Shown in pieces: positions 13,470-27,170 of a stretch of 64,000 bases of DNA (its first letter is position 1; each line of letters begins with the position of its first letter). The stretch is from Malacoraja senta (Eukaryota). A model generated the notes under the pieces. That model saw only the letters and a program-made list of their open reading frames with translations, searched no databases and had not been told where the DNA came from. Position numbers and translations under genes: made by a program. The stretch spans positions 124,001-188,000 of the forward strand of contig JAXLNO010005921.1 of the NCBI GenBank assembly GCA_038087875.1, in the 5' to 3' direction.

Positions 13470-13735
13470 CCCTTCTACCCATTCCTCCCCCACTCCCAAT
13501 TCTTCCGTCTACACCGCATCTGCACCCAGGATGAGGTGTTCCAGACCAGGGCATCGGAGAAGTCCTCATTCTTTAGGGAACGGGGGTTCCCCTCTTCGAT
13601 TATAGATGAGGCTCTCACCAGGGTCTCCTCTATATCCCGCAGCTCTGCTCTCACTCCCCATCACCCTACTCGTAACAAGGACAGAGTCCCCCTTGTCCTC
13701 ACCTTCCACCCTACCAGCCGTCGCATTTGCTTTCA
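13470..13735 (+). mobile_element. Penelope-like element fragment (RT C-terminal/linker)
   Basis: QFFRLHRICTQDEVF...FFRERGFPSSIIDEAL...RVPLVLTFHP; flanked by the pLTR-type repeat at 13310-13460. Confidence 0.8.
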
Positions 13736-15029
13736 CCTCCTTTCCCCATTTTGTACCAACATTTGATACAGTAACATTTAAACGACGTAGGAAGGAACTA
13801 CAGATGCTGGTTTACACTGAAGATAGACACAAAAAACAGCGGGTTAGACAACATCTCTGGAGAAAAAGAATATGTGACATTTTGGTTTCAGACTCTTCTT
13901 CGGACTCAAGTCTGTTGCCATCTGTAAAACATCTGTCATGTTTCAATGGTAGACTTCCAAAATATATTGGACATTTGGGCACAATTTCAGAAAGTGTGGT
14001 GCGTAGGTCCCGAAATGAAAGCGAGGAGCCAGGTATTTCGGGAGGCACCTTTATTTATGTCCTTCTAGATTGTAGGGAAGTCCACGAGAGAAAGATGGCA
14101 CCCAAACCCTTGCCTTTAAACCTCTGGTTAAGGGCCGCCTCTGGACTGAACCATTCCCGTGCCGAGGGGTTTGACAGTTAGGATGGTCCGACCCTTGGGA
14201 GCCGCCACAAAAGTTTAGATTAGAGATACAGTGTAGAAACAGGCCCTTCAGCCCACTGAGTCCGTGCCGACCAGTGATTACCCGCACACTAATACTATCC
14301 CACACACTAGGGACAATTTACTATTTTATCAAAGCCAATTAAGCTACAAACTTGTACATCTTTGGACAGTGGGATGAAACCAGAGCCCCCCGGAGAAAAC
14401 CCACTCAGTCACGGGCCGAACGTACAAAATCCGTACCAACAGGACCCGTATTCAGAATCGAACCTGGGTCTCTAGCGCTGTGAGGTAGCAACTGTACCGC
14501 TGTGCCGCCCCTGAATGTATCCAACTGTAAATCCTTGGTGTTGCACCTGTTACATAGTTCTCTTGAATGAGCTTTCCAATTACACAAAGTGGCGTTCTCT
14601 GTTACAGGATTCTCAGTAGGATTTGCATTAGAGTGCAAGGATTTCTGGCTGCCCATTGCTATGAATCCAGCTGTTTTCCTTGCTGGTTCTGGTTAGACAG
14701 ATGTTTCCCATAAATAGTCTAATGATCCAAATGAATTGGAGAAGTGAGATTCACAACAATCCAGAAATCAGTTTAGCATTTTGATTAATATGTTCTTTTA
14801 AACAAGATTAGTCGTGGAATGTGCAACTTCTCATGTATGGTCTGTAAACTCTTCCTATATTGTGATCTAATTATGCTTCTAAACTGATAGCCAAACATCA
14901 ACATCAACATTCCCTGTGTTCCCATTCTATTTTCACTTGGTTCTCAGAATAAAAATTTTAAACTTTGGAGATTACTCCACCTTATTTTCTCTTACATCTT
15001 CAAGCTTTGCAAAACCATATAACCATATA

Positions 15030-16010
15030 ACCATATAACCATAACAGCACGGAAACAGGCCATCTCGTCCCTTCAAGTCCGTGCCGAACATTTTTTTTTA
15101 ATTATTATTATTTTTTTTAATTAAAAATAAATACTTCCCCCTAGTCCCATCTACCTGCACTCAGACCATAACCCTCCATTTCTTTCCCGTCCATATACCC
15201 ATCCAATCTATTTTTAAAGGATAACATCGAACCTGCCTCCACCACTTCCACTGGAAGCTCATTCCACACAGCTACCACTCTCTGAGTAAAGAAGTTCCCC
15301 CTAATGTTCCCCCTAAACTTCTGTCCCTTAATTCTCAAGTCATGTCCCCTTGTTTGAATCTTCCCTACTCTCAATGGGAAAAGCTTATCCACGTCCACTC
15401 TGTCTAACCCGCTCATAATTTTAAAGACCTCTATCAAGTCCCCTCTTAACCTTCTGCGCTCCAAAAAATAAAGACCTAACTTGTCAAACCTTTCTCTGTA
15501 ACTTAGTTGCTGAAACCCAGGCAACATTCTAGTAAATCTCCTCTGTACTCTCTCTATTTTGTTGACATCCTTCCTATAATTAGGCGACCAAAATTGTACT
15601 CCATACTCCAGAATTGGCCTCACCAATGCCTTGTACAATTTTAACATTACATCCCAACTTCTATATTCAATGCTCTGATTTATAAAGGCCAGCACACCAA
15701 AAGCTTTCTTTACCACCCTATCTACATGAGATTCCACCTTCAGGGAACTATGCACAGTTATTCCTAGATCCCTCTGTTCAACTGCATTCCTCAATTCGCT
15801 ACCATTTACCGTGTACGTCCTATTTTGATTTGTCCTGCCGAGATGTAGCACCTCACATTTGTCAGCATTAAACTCCATCTGCCATCTTTCAGCCCACTCT
15901 TCCAAATGGCCTAAATCTCTCTGTAGACTTTGAAAATCTACTTCATTATCCACAACACCACCTATCTTAGTATCATCTGCATACTTACTAATCCAATTTT
16001 CCACACCAAA
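15030..16010 (-). mobile_element. CR1 LINE 3' fragment with (TTATATGG)n-type tail
   Basis: ORF 15141-16046 is the RT C-terminus; near-identical to 61440-62370. Confidence 0.93.
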
Positions 16011-16289
16011 TAACCAAATAATTAGTTTAGTTGAGTGATACAGCATGGAAACAGGTCCTTGGGCCCACCGGGTCCGCTCCAGCCAATGATCATCCTACAC
16101 ACTAGGGACAATGTACAGAAGCCAATTAACCTACAAACCTCCATGTCTTTGGGATGTGGGAGGAAACCGGAGCACTCGGAGAAAACCCACGCGGTCACGG
16201 GGAGAACATACGAACTCCGTAGAGACAGCACCCGTAGTCAGGATCGAACCAGGGTCTGTCGCACCAAAGGTTCTTAATGATAGACACAA

Positions 16290-16615
16290 AGTGCTGGAGT
16301 AACTCAGCAGGTGAGCCAGCATCTCTGGAGAAAATGGATAGGTGACGTTTCACAGAGTGTTGGAGTAACTCAGTGGGTCAGGCAGCATCTCTGGAGAAAA
16401 TGGATAGGTGACGTTTCACAGAGTGTTGGAGTAACTCAGCGGGACAGGCAGCATCTCTGGAGAACATGGATAGGTGACGTTTCACAGAGTGCTCGAGTAA
16501 CGCAGCGGGTCAGGCAGCATCTCTGAAGAAAATGAATAGGTGACGTTTCACAGAGTGCTCGAGTAACTCAGTGGGTCAGGCAGCATCTCTGGAGAACATG
16601 GATAGGTGTCGTTTC
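16290..16615. repeat. Tandem array, 66-bp unit x5, derived from the Penelope-type short repeat
   Basis: atctctg(g/a)ag recurs at 16321, 16387, 16453, 16519 and 16585. Confidence 0.9.
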
Positions 16616-18161
16616 GGATCAGGACCCTTCTTCGGACTGATTGTGGGTGGGAGGGGGTGGATTGGAAGCAAGAAAGGACCAGGACAAATCAGGACCGGCA
16701 ACAGATTACCTCAGGCAAGGACAGTACAGAAACATAGAAAATAGGTGCAGGAGTAGGCCATATGGCCCTTTGAGCCAGCATCGCCATTCAATATGATCAT
16801 GGCTGATCATCCAGAATCAGTACCCCGTTCCTGCTTTCTCCCCATATCCCTTCATTCTGTTAGCTCTTAGAGCTATATCTAACTGAAAGGCTGATTATCT
16901 GCTAGGGATGGTGTGAATCTGAGGAATATATTGTGAACTGTGGAACTAATTAACTGACTTTTAGTGCAAGAAGGGGGTGGGAGGGTGGAGGGGGGGGGAA
17001 GGAGAGGAGGAAGGGGAGCATATGTAGAAGTTACCTTAACTCAGAGAATCCAATGTTTACATTACTGGGTAGTGAGTTGTTCCTCCATGTTGTGTACAGC
17101 CTCAATCTGGCAAAGGAGGAGGCCCGGGACACATTTCTTAAAGTCACACACATGCCGTAGGTAGAACAATGGAAGATAGACTATATTCCTCACCAATGTG
17201 AGGTGAAGTACTTGGTGAGGGCTATTCACGGTGGGAATGCGTAGGGAATGGTGGATTCCTACGGAGTATTGAGGAATGGGGACTTTGGAGTTCGAGGATC
17301 CTTGAAATTGGCAACATTTAAGGTGGTAAAGAAGGCATACAGGATATTTACCTTCAATATCTGTTATCTCTACTACTGATTTTCCAGCATCCTTGGTTCC
17401 AGAGCCTTTCTGGATTATCTGTTTTGCCGGACCAACAGTGAAGTGGTTTTTTGGTGTGGGCTATCCAGTCAGTGGAAAGGCTATACATGAATCCCAGAAT
17501 ACATACATCTTAGAATAAAGGGGAGGCCATTTGAGACTGAGGTGAGAAAAGACTTTTTCACCCAGAGAGTTGTGAATTTGTGGAATTCCCTGCCACAGAG
17601 GGCAGTGGAGGCCAAATCACTGGATGGATTTAAGAGAGAGTTAGATAGAGCTCTAGGAGCCAGTGGAGTCAAGGGATATGGGGAGAAGGCAGGCACGGGT
17701 TATTGATAGGGGACGATTAGCAATGATCACAATGAATGGCAGTGCAGGTTCGAAGGGCCGACTGGCCTCCTCCTGCACCTATTGTCTATGTTTCTATGAT
17801 AACAACCAAACCCCTCCTCTAGTAGGGAAACAAAAATGCAGCATCTATGGAGCGGAGGAAATAGGCAACGTTTCAGTCTGAAGAAGGGTTTGGGCCCGAA
17901 ACGTTGCCTATTTCCTTCGCTCCATAGATGCTGCTGCACCCGCTGAGTTTCTCCAGCATTTGTTTACCTTCCATTTTCCAGCATCTGCAGCAAAGATACT
18001 AGAGGATCCGCGATATAATCTTTGATCTGCAGTTCCTTCTTCAACACTTTGTCCTCGAGTATCTTTGTTGTCCACAAAGGCGCTTCCGGCAGGAGGGGGG
18101 ACGGGACAGTTTAGGAGTGGGTTTTTGTTGTTGTTTGGTGTATTGAGGGTGGGATGGAGAG

Positions 18162-18292
18162 NNNNNNNNNNNNNNNNNNNNNNNNNNNNNNNNNNNNNNN
18201 NNNNNNNNNNNNNNNNNNNNNNNNNNNNNNNNNNNNNNNNNNNNNNNNNNNNNNNNNNNNNNNNNNNNNNNNNNNNNNNNNNNNNNNNNNNN
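18162..18292. other. Assembly gap (131 N)
   Basis: Run of n. Confidence 1.
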
Positions 18293-19019
18293 GAGAGTGG
18301 GTTTGTAGGTTAATTGGTTTCTGGTAAAGATTGTAAATTGTCCCCCTGTGTGTGTGTAGGATAGTGTTAGTGTGCGGGGATCGCTAGTCTGCACAGACTC
18401 GGTGGGCCGAAGGGCCTGCTTCCGCGCTGTATCTCTAAACTAAACTAGTGTGTGAACGGACGATCGCTGGTCAGCACAGACTCGGTGGGGCCGAAGGGCC
18501 TGTTTCCGTGCTGTATCTCTAAACTAAACTGGTCTAAACTGGTTGAAGAACATAATTCAAACATCAAGTTGTCTACCTTGGATTTTTCCAGCATCTGCAG
18601 TTCTTTCTTAAACATGTACTTGTTCCTTGTACTTTTCCTGAGTGTATGATGGGGGTAATATGGAGTGAGCTTTACCCAAAATCAAATGTGAGGTAAGAGT
18701 CGTTTAATTGTCATATGTATGAACAATAGAACAACAAAATTCTGACTTGCTGCAGCTTCACCTGCATGTAACTGCAATAACACAGAGATAATATAAAACA
18801 ACCAATAAAACAATAAATTAATAACTGTAATAGTGGACTATCATAATAGTGCAAAAAACTAAATTCATATTACATTCAAAGACAGTCCGTAGATGATCAT
18901 AGATGCTGAAGTTAGTTTTGTGTGGTGTTGAAGAGCCTGATGTTTGCTGAGAAGAGACTATTCTTGAATCTGGTTGTCACGGTTTTCAGGCTGCTGTATC
19001 TTTCCCTATATCTATACTT

Positions 19020-19327
19020 AGGGGCGGCAGGGTGGCGCAGCGGTAGGGTTGCTGCCTTATAGCACCAGACACCAGGGTTCGACCCTGACTATGGATGCGG
19101 TCTGCACGGTGTTTGTATGTTGGGTGAACGCATGGGTTTTCTCCGGGTGCTCCAGTTTCCTCCCACACTCCAAAGACGTACAGGTTTGTAGGTTAATTGG
19201 TTTGTAAATTGTAATTTGTACCTAGTGTGTGTAGGATAGTGCCAATGTAAAGGGATCATTGGTCTTCGCAAACTTGGTAGGCCGAAAGGCCTGTTTCCAC
19301 GCTGTATCTCTAAACTAAACTAAACTA
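19020..19327 (+). mobile_element. tRNA-derived V-SINE (HE1-like), representative full copy; further copies at about 12740-12890, 14210-14510, 16030-16260, 19925-20200, 35235-35540, 41830-42110, 42165-42480, 43670-43960 and 47575-47890
   Basis: tRNA-like head, V-domain gggttttctccgggtgctccagtttcctccca, CR1-like 3' end and (CTAAA)n tail. Confidence 0.85.
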
Positions 19328-19373
19328 ATTCTGCCCTGAGAGTGTGTGCATGGACAACGCAGACACAGCTTAA

Positions 19374-19686
19374 AGGCCCTGTCCCACTGTACGAGCTAAT
19401 TCAAGAGTTCTCCCGAGTTTCCCCCGATTCGAACTCGGAGAATTACGGTAATAGCCGCTCGTAGGTACTTGGGGCTCTCGTGGACTTTTTTCAACATGTT
19501 GAAAAATCTTCACGAGTCTTCACGAGCTTACCGCGTTTCCCGAGTACCTGCCGTTAGCGTTACGAGCCGCTAGGAGACTTCCCGAGCTCCGACGTACCCG
19601 CTACGTACATTCTACGTGCTTACCACGAGTTTAATTTTTTTAACTCGGGAGAGCTCTTGAATTACCTCGTACAGTGGGACAGGCTT
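19374..19686. mobile_element. MITE with TIR (a/g)ggccctgtcccactgt, TTAA-like flanks (Kolobok- or Harbinger-like)
   Basis: Terminal inverted repeats; a closely similar inverted copy lies at 34152-34466. Confidence 0.8.
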
Positions 19687-21451
19687 TGAATTTTCTTTTT
19701 AAAAGGCAGTATATTGAGGCAACTGGCAGAATTGGTGCCCCTCTGCTACAGCAACTTGGATTCAATCCTGATCTCGGGTACAACGTGTATCATTTTCTTG
19801 TTCTCCCTATGACACGAGGATCTCCACCAAATGCTCCGTTCCTCCTATATCTCAAAGACATGCGAGTTGGTTGGTTAATTGAATTTTGTAAATTGCCCAG
19901 TGCGTGATTGGATGACAGATGTTGTCTATGTTTAGTTTAGTTTAGAGATACAGTGAGGAAACAGACCCTACAGCCCACCGTGTCTGCACCGACCAGCGAT
20001 CCCCGCACTTTAACGCTACCCTACACACACTAGGGGTAATTTTACCTTTTATACCAAGCCAATTAACGTACAAACCTGTACATCTTTGGAGTGTGGGAGG
20101 AAACCGAAGATCTTGGAAAAAACCTACGCAGGTCAAGGGGAGAACGTACAAACTCCATATAGAAAAGCACTTGTAGTCAGGATTGAACCCAGATCTCTGG
20201 CACCATGCCATCCTTCAGCAAGGTCCCACATGGGTGGCTGGTCCATTAGGTTGGAAAACATGGGATCCAGGGTGAGCTAGTCAATTGGACACAAAGTTGG
20301 CTTGGTGGTAGGAGTCAGAGAATGGTAGTGCAGGGTTGTTTTTTTACATAGGAAGCCTGTGACCAGTGGTATGCCTCAGGGACTGATGCTCTGATGTCAT
20401 TCAGTCACACACAGTGCTCTCAGACTGATTAATGATTTCAATTTGCAGAAATGAAAGAGATGAAGGAAAGAGAGATAGAGCTGAGGGATGAGAGATGGAG
20501 AGATAAATAGATGGAGAGAGGTAGGGAGATAGAGAGAGATATATATAGTGAGATGGAGAGAGATGATAGATAGAGAGAGGGATAATGTGATTGATACTTG
20601 TTGAGAGCAGAGCTGAAAATAGGTGAGGTGCCCTTGGGAAACAGTGTGGAAACAGGATGTCTGGGGATGGCCAGTTTATAAATGGACTACACTATGAAGG
20701 AAAATAGATCAATGTTAAGAGTTCTCAAGCCAGATAAGCAAAACAAAGATGTGTTTTGTTATTCAGTCCATGGATGAGTGGCAACTTGAATTTCTTGATT
20801 TTCTTTTCAGAGTTCAGACCTTGGATTAGAGTCTATTGTGCAACAAATCAGCTGAGCCCCTGGACAGATTAATGGTTGCCTGTTCAACATTCTGTACAAC
20901 TGTAACATGACACCCCAACCCTAGTCCTCAGTACCATGGCTGAGGAAACAAGGCACAACATATACTCTGCGTAGGAATGAACAGCAGATGCTAATTTAAA
21001 CCGAAGATAGACACAAAAAGCTAGAGAGACTCAGCGGCAATATTTCTGGAGAGAAGGAATGGGTGACGTTTTGGGTCGAGGCGATTCTTCAGACATATAT
21101 TCCCTTCACTTCCCTATCAAACTATGATGCCATTTTCAGGGAATTATGTAATTGTACACCAAGGTACAGCTCCATTTACAATCCTGCAATAGATTTGGCC
21201 AGTCATGATTTGACTTCCCAAAATGCATCAAATCACACTTGTTTGAGTTAGATTTCAACTGGCATTCCTTCCCTCCCTCACCTCCCATCCCCTCACCTCC
21301 ATACCTTTCCGGTTGATCAACATTATTTTGTAATCTTAGACAACAATTATCATTACCTAATATACTTATCAATTTTGTTGTCAACTCTGGCAAAGAAGAA
21401 TCCAAAGATACTTTATGTACATTCAAGAGTCAATATTGTTTTATTGTCATA

Positions 21452-22007
21452 CCAGACCAAGTGCAGATCGGGTCTGCTCCCCCAACGAAATATTCCAGCA
21501 CTCATCCGTTCCCCCAACGCAACCCGTTTGGCTTAAAAAAACACTTTAATCATGAATAACCCGGTGGGGGGAGGGGGCAGGGGGTGTGGCACTCGGCAGC
21601 TTGAGAGCCCATCGTGATTGGTGCACTGGAGGGGGGTGGGGAGGGGGGGAGGGGGGGGTGGGGAGGGGGGAGGGAGGGTTGGAGCACTGGAGTGCCCGTC
21701 CCTCCTGGAGTGGCCCTGTCCTGCCTTGCGAGTGCATTGTGAAGTCACTCGGATTTTGTTTCCAAAATGGAAGAGTTTGAAGAAATCAGACTGTTTAAAT
21801 TTTTTTTACGATTAATAACTTCGGAAATATAGGTGGAAATATGACGGGAAGATGTTTATCGCCACCACGGGAAAAATGTGAGTACGACGTGTGAAAATGA
21901 GAAAGCTGTGGCCTAGCATTAGGAAGAAGATAGCAATTAACCAGATTGACACACACAGAGACACATCGTGGGCACAAACAAGCCAAAGACTTTTAGTTAT
22001 ATAGAGA
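21452..22007 (-). mobile_element. Non-autonomous Helitron (556 bp)
   Basis: 5' A|TCTCTATATAAC and 3' GCAGA-cccga-TCTGC hairpin 11 nt before ...CTGG|T. The flanks rejoin as ttattgtcata|tgtcc with no TSD. Confidence 0.8.
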
Positions 22008-22564
22008 TGTCCTAGATAGAACAATGACATTCTTACTTGCAGCAGCACAACAGAATATGTAAACATAGAACACTGTAAACAATATAAGAAACAAGAAATA
22101 AAAATATCTGGGTGTGTATATATACACATACTCACAAATACACATATATACAGATCATATTCGTATATATATATCCACACACACACACTCATATGTACAC
22201 ACAAAAAACAAACAATAATGGTGCAACAATAACAATAATAGTCTATGTAGTTAAGAGCTTGTTTAAGGCTGTAGTGTTTAATAGCCTAAAGGCTGTAGGG
22301 TAGAAGTTATTCCTGAACCTGACGTTACAGTTTTAAGGCTCCTGTACCTTCTACCCTATGGCAGGGGTGGTGTGGGTCTCTGATGATGCTTGCTGCCTTT
22401 TTGAGCTTCCTTCGATGGTAGGAAGGTCAGAACCCGTGATGGACTGGGCAGTGTTCACAAGTTTTTACAGTCTTCTTCACTCCTATATTAAATGAATGAG
22501 GGTAACTTGATAAAGAATAAATCCACTCAGAAAATAAAAGCTGTCATCACTGTGAGAAGCTGCA

Positions 22565-23460
22565 TGAGATGAGCAAGATCTTCAATGAGTATTTCTCCCC
22601 TGTTTTTACTGTGGAGAAAGATTTGAAGATGAGGGAGCTTGCAACAGGAAATGGAGATGTCTGGAGGACAGTCCGTGTTATGGCCGATGATGTGCTGGAC
22701 ATCCTAAGACATATGAAAGTAGATAATTCACCCAGACCTGATCACATATATCTGAGGACAATGTGGGGAGCTAGAGAAGAAATTGCAAGCGCCCTGACTG
22801 AGAGATATGAATCATTGTTAGACATGGGTGAGGTGCCGGATAACTGGAGGTTGGCAAATGTTGTGCCTCTATTTAAGAATGACTACAGGGCAAAACCTAG
22901 AAACTATAAATCAGTGGGCCTACAATCTGCGGTAGGTAAGTTACTGGACAGGATTCTGAGAGATGGGGTAAATATGCATTTGTAGAGACAAGGGCTGGTC
23001 AGCGTAGTTTCGGACGTGGGAGATCATGCATCGCCAATCTGGTAGTTTTTGGAAAAAGTAACCAAGAAGGTTGATGATGATAAGGTCATAGACATTGTAC
23101 ATATGGTCTTCAGCAAGGCCTTTGATAAGTTTCTGCATGGTAGGCTGCCCTTGATGATTAGAGCTCATGGCATTCAGGGAGAACTAGCTGCCTAACCAAT
23201 GAATTAGGTTCATGGAAGGAAGCATAGGGTGATAGTGGAAGTGATTTTCACACAGGAGGCCTGTGACTAGAGGTGTCCCTCAGGGATCTGTGCTGGGCCC
23301 ATTGCTGATTGTGGTTTATATGAGCAACTTAGATGAAAATGTGCAGCATGATTAGAAACTTTGCAGATGACATTGACATAGTTGGTATCATAAACAGTGA
23401 ACATAGTTATCAAAAATTACAGCTGGATCTTGATCAGTGAGACAAGTGGGCTGAAGAATG
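22565..23460 (+). mobile_element. Degenerate CR1 ORF2 fragment
   Basis: FNEYFSPVFT...PDNWRLANVVPLFK...NYKSV. Confidence 0.88.
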
Positions 23461-23779
23461 GTTAATGGAGCTTCCAGGCCTGACCTACTGACACTGTTGA
23501 TCATGCCACCATCAGCCCACAAAGCTTCCAGGCCATGTTTGCCTCCAACCTTCACCTGTACTCTAGCCCCTCGTGGGCCCATTGACTCCGCCGATCCTCA
23601 CCTCGTCACCGGCCACCAGCCGGCCAAAGACATCAACTCACATGGTTTGCAGTCCCAGTTTTCGGCCATTGGCTGTTGGCCCCTACAATGTATGGTAGAG
23701 CTGTCTGGGATCCTTCCCCCCCCTGCGACTTACTTCTGATACAGACCAGTCAGTCTTGAACAGAGGCCTTATCTTTGTA

Positions 23780-24000
23780 CCCCTACACCCCCCACTTCAA
23801 CGAGTTCAGGGCTTACCATGATGTAGAGCTCTTCTTCAGTTGCCTCCGCTTCCGAGCCTTTTTCTACGGGAAGGAGTCCTCACCTCCTGGTGAAAACACC
23901 GTCCTCCATATCCAACATTCCCCCTCCTCTTTGACCCCCTGTGCCGGCCTTCTACCCTCTCCCGACCTGTTTATTTCGAACTGCCGGCATGACATATCTC
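23780..24000 (+). mobile_element. Penelope-like element N-terminal fragment
   Basis: FNEFRAYHDVELFFSCLRFRAFF...DLFISNCRHDI. Confidence 0.65.
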
Positions 24001-24811
24001 TAAACCAAACTCAATTATGAACAAATGGTGATTCAATTCTAAGTCAGGATGGATCCCAGGTCAGGTTCTCACACATCTGCTGACCTTGTTGTTCTTGTGC
24101 TTGAGATGTTGAGTTTGGAATGTTCTGATGGGCTAGACGACACGTATCTGCAGTGTGTTTTGTCGCTGGTTAAAGCTTGTGGTGCAGTGAATAAACGAGG
24201 AAATGAAATTGAGCATTGTGCAATCAACAACAGACAATCACTTTTGACTTTATAATGGAAGGAAGGTCACTAAAGTCCCAGATCTTGATTACTGAGTACT
24301 GTACATTTTCCAGGCACCTAACATTAATTTACCTTGATTGGGTTACTTGGATCTGCATAAGGAATGGGAACAGCTTCAAACAATCTACTTGATTGTCGTT
24401 AATTAATTTTATTAATAATATCATAGAGTCATAGAGTGATACAGTTTGGAAACAGGTCCTTCGGCCCAACTCGCCCAACAATGTCCCAGCTACACTGGTC
24501 CCACTTGCCTGTGATTGGTCCATATCCACCCAAACCTGTCCTATCCATGTACGTCCAACTGTTTCTTAAACAATAGCATAGTCCCAGCCTCAACTCCCTC
24601 CTCTGGCAGCTTGTTCCATAAACCCACCACCCTTTGTGTGAAAAAGTTACCCCTCGGATACCTATTAAATCTTTTCGCCTTCACCTTGAACCTATGTCCT
24701 CTGTTCCTGGGCAAAGTAATCTATGCATTGAATAACAGTTGATTGCGTTATCATTTCAATGTGTGCTGATCTTTCAGGAAACGTTCCAAGTCAATCCATG
24801 TTCATCACACT

Positions 24812-24915
24812 CTGAAGAAGGGTTTCGGCCCGAAACGTTACCTATTTCCTTCGCTCCATAGATGCTGCTGCACCCGCTGAGTTTCTCCAGCATTTTTGTG
24901 TACCTTCATCACACT
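24812..24915 (+). mobile_element. Penelope-type short repeat with 11-bp target-site duplication
   Basis: ttcatcacact at 24801-24811 and 24905-24915 flank ctgaagaagggtttcggcccgaaacg... Confidence 0.85.
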
Positions 24916-25964
24916 CATAGTCACTTTGAGGTAACATTGGCAGGGCAGGTTGTCGCTTCTAGTAATCTTGATAAGGAATGTCTAGCCAAGTGTACAATGC
25001 TCAATTATTTCATAAAGTCAGATTCAAGTTAGGGCCGTGGACCAGTGTCTGTTCCATGCAAGATTAATCCTGATATTGTGAACTTTACACTAATACCAAA
25101 TAATGTGGGCTAAACCCTGCAGCTCCAAACCAGTGCTGCCACCAAAGCAATAGGTTATAAGGTGAAGTTAAATCACTACATTGTTTACAACTTTGGAGTT
25201 TTGATTTATGCAAAATGTTAGTGGAAATGTGGTAACTCTTGTATTGTCTCAATGTAATCTATATTTCCTGTAGTCTTGTACTAAAGTATGATTGTCCTTG
25301 TGTATTGTAAATGTTTGACAGAACTGTATGCAAAAAGGAATTTCACTGAACCCAGGTATATGCGACAATGAAGTACCATTGAACCATTGAATCAATGCAC
25401 CCACTGTCACTTGAATACATAAGCAGGTTATAGTCAAGAATTATTTTAAAATTCATTTGCCCAGGTTTATGCACAGGTATGAAGTATTAATAGTCTCAGT
25501 TCAGTTTAGTTTATTGTGAAACAGTGAAAGCTGTTTACAGTGAAAAGCTTTTGTTGTGTGCTAACCAGTCAGCAGAAAGTCAATACATGATTGTAATCGA
25601 TCTGAAGATAGACACAAAAAGCTGGAGTAACTCAGCAGGACAGGCAGCATCTCTGGAGAGAAGGAATGGGTGACGTTTCAGGTTGAGACCCTTCTTCAAT
25701 TCTTCTCTCCAGAGATGCTGCCTGCCCCGCTGAGTTACTCCAGCTTTTTTATGTCTATCTTCTGTTTAAACCAGTATCTGCAGTTCCTTCGTACACATTA
25801 CAATCGATCCATTTACAATGTATCACAGCAACTGGAGAAAGAATCTCATCCTTTAATCCCATTTTTTCCCCTCAGTCCAACACACTGAACACAATGGAAA
25901 TTAGCTGACTGACCGGAGATGTGTTCTCCATGACTTTGCATAACTCAAGCTGTGGAAGCTCTAC

Positions 25965-27170
25965 AGAGCTGTAGATGTTGTGTACATGGATTTCAGAAAG
26001 GTATTCGAAAAGGTAGCATGGTAGGCTGCTCTGGAAGATTTGATCACATGAGATCCAAGGAGAGATAGCTGAATGGATAGCAAATGGCTCCATGGAAGGA
26101 AGCAGAGGGTGATGGTGGAAGGTTGCTTCACTGATTGGAGGCGTGTGACTAGTGGTGTGACTCAGGGTTCGGTGCTGGGCCCGTTACTGTTTGTCATCTA
26201 CATAATTGATTTGGATGATATAATGTGGGGCAAGATTAGCAAGGTTGCTGATGATACAAAAGGGAGTGGTTTTGCAGATAGTGAAGATGGTTGTGAACGA
26301 TTGCAGGTAGACAATGGTTGTGAACGATTGCAGCAGGATCTGGATCGATTGGCCAGTGGGCTGAGGAATGGTTGATGGAAGTTAATACAGAGAAGTGTGA
26401 GGTGTTGCTTTTTGGGACATCTAACACAGTAAATAGTCGGTCTCTGGGGAGTGTTGAGAGGAGAGGGATCTAGGAGTACAAGTGCAAGGTTCCTTAAAGG
26501 TCGAGTCATAGGTAGATAAGGTGGTCACAAAGGCTTTTGGCACATTGTCCTTCATCAGTCAGAATAATGAGTACAGAAGTTGGGAGGTCATGTAGCAGTC
26601 ATATAAGACATTGGTGAGACCGCATTTAGAATATTGTGTTCAGTTCTTGGCACCATGTTATAGGAAATATGTTGTCAAGCTTGAAACTGGTCAGAAAATA
26701 TTTACAAGGATGTTGCCAGGACTAGAGGGTGTGAGTTATAGGGAGAGGTTGAGTAGGCTGGGTCTCTATTCCTTGGAGCGCAGGAGGATGAGGGGTGATC
26801 TTGCAAGAGGTATACAAAACCATGAGAGGAATAGTTCGGGTAGATGCACAGAGTCTTTTGCCCAGAGTAGGGGAATCGAGGACCAGATGACATAGTTTCA
26901 AGGTCAATGGGAAAAGATTTAATAGGAATCCGAAGGGTAACTTTTTCACACAAAGTGTGGTGGGTGTATGGAACAAGCTCCCAGAGGAGGTAATTGAGGC
27001 TGGGACTATCCCCTCGTTTAAGAAACAGTTAGGCAGGTACATTAATATGACAGGTTTGGAGGGATATGGACCAAAGGCAAGCAGGTGGGACTAGTGTAGC
27101 TGGGACATGTTGGCCGGTGTGGACAAGTTGGGCCGAAGGGCCTGTTCCCAAACTATATCACTCTATGACT
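25965..27170 (+). mobile_element. CR1 LINE 3' fragment (frameshifted)
   Basis: SGVTQGSVLGPLLF, RPHLEYCVQF and 3' UTR. Confidence 0.9.

Noticed and set aside
16290-16615. Regularly spaced repeats resembling a CRISPR array
   Set aside because: Units are contiguous tandem copies without unique spacers, in eukaryotic DNA with no cas genes.
20811-20875. Strong plus-strand acceptors at 20811, 17388, 25876 and 35707
   Set aside because: No compatible donor or recognisable peptide; such sites arise by chance.
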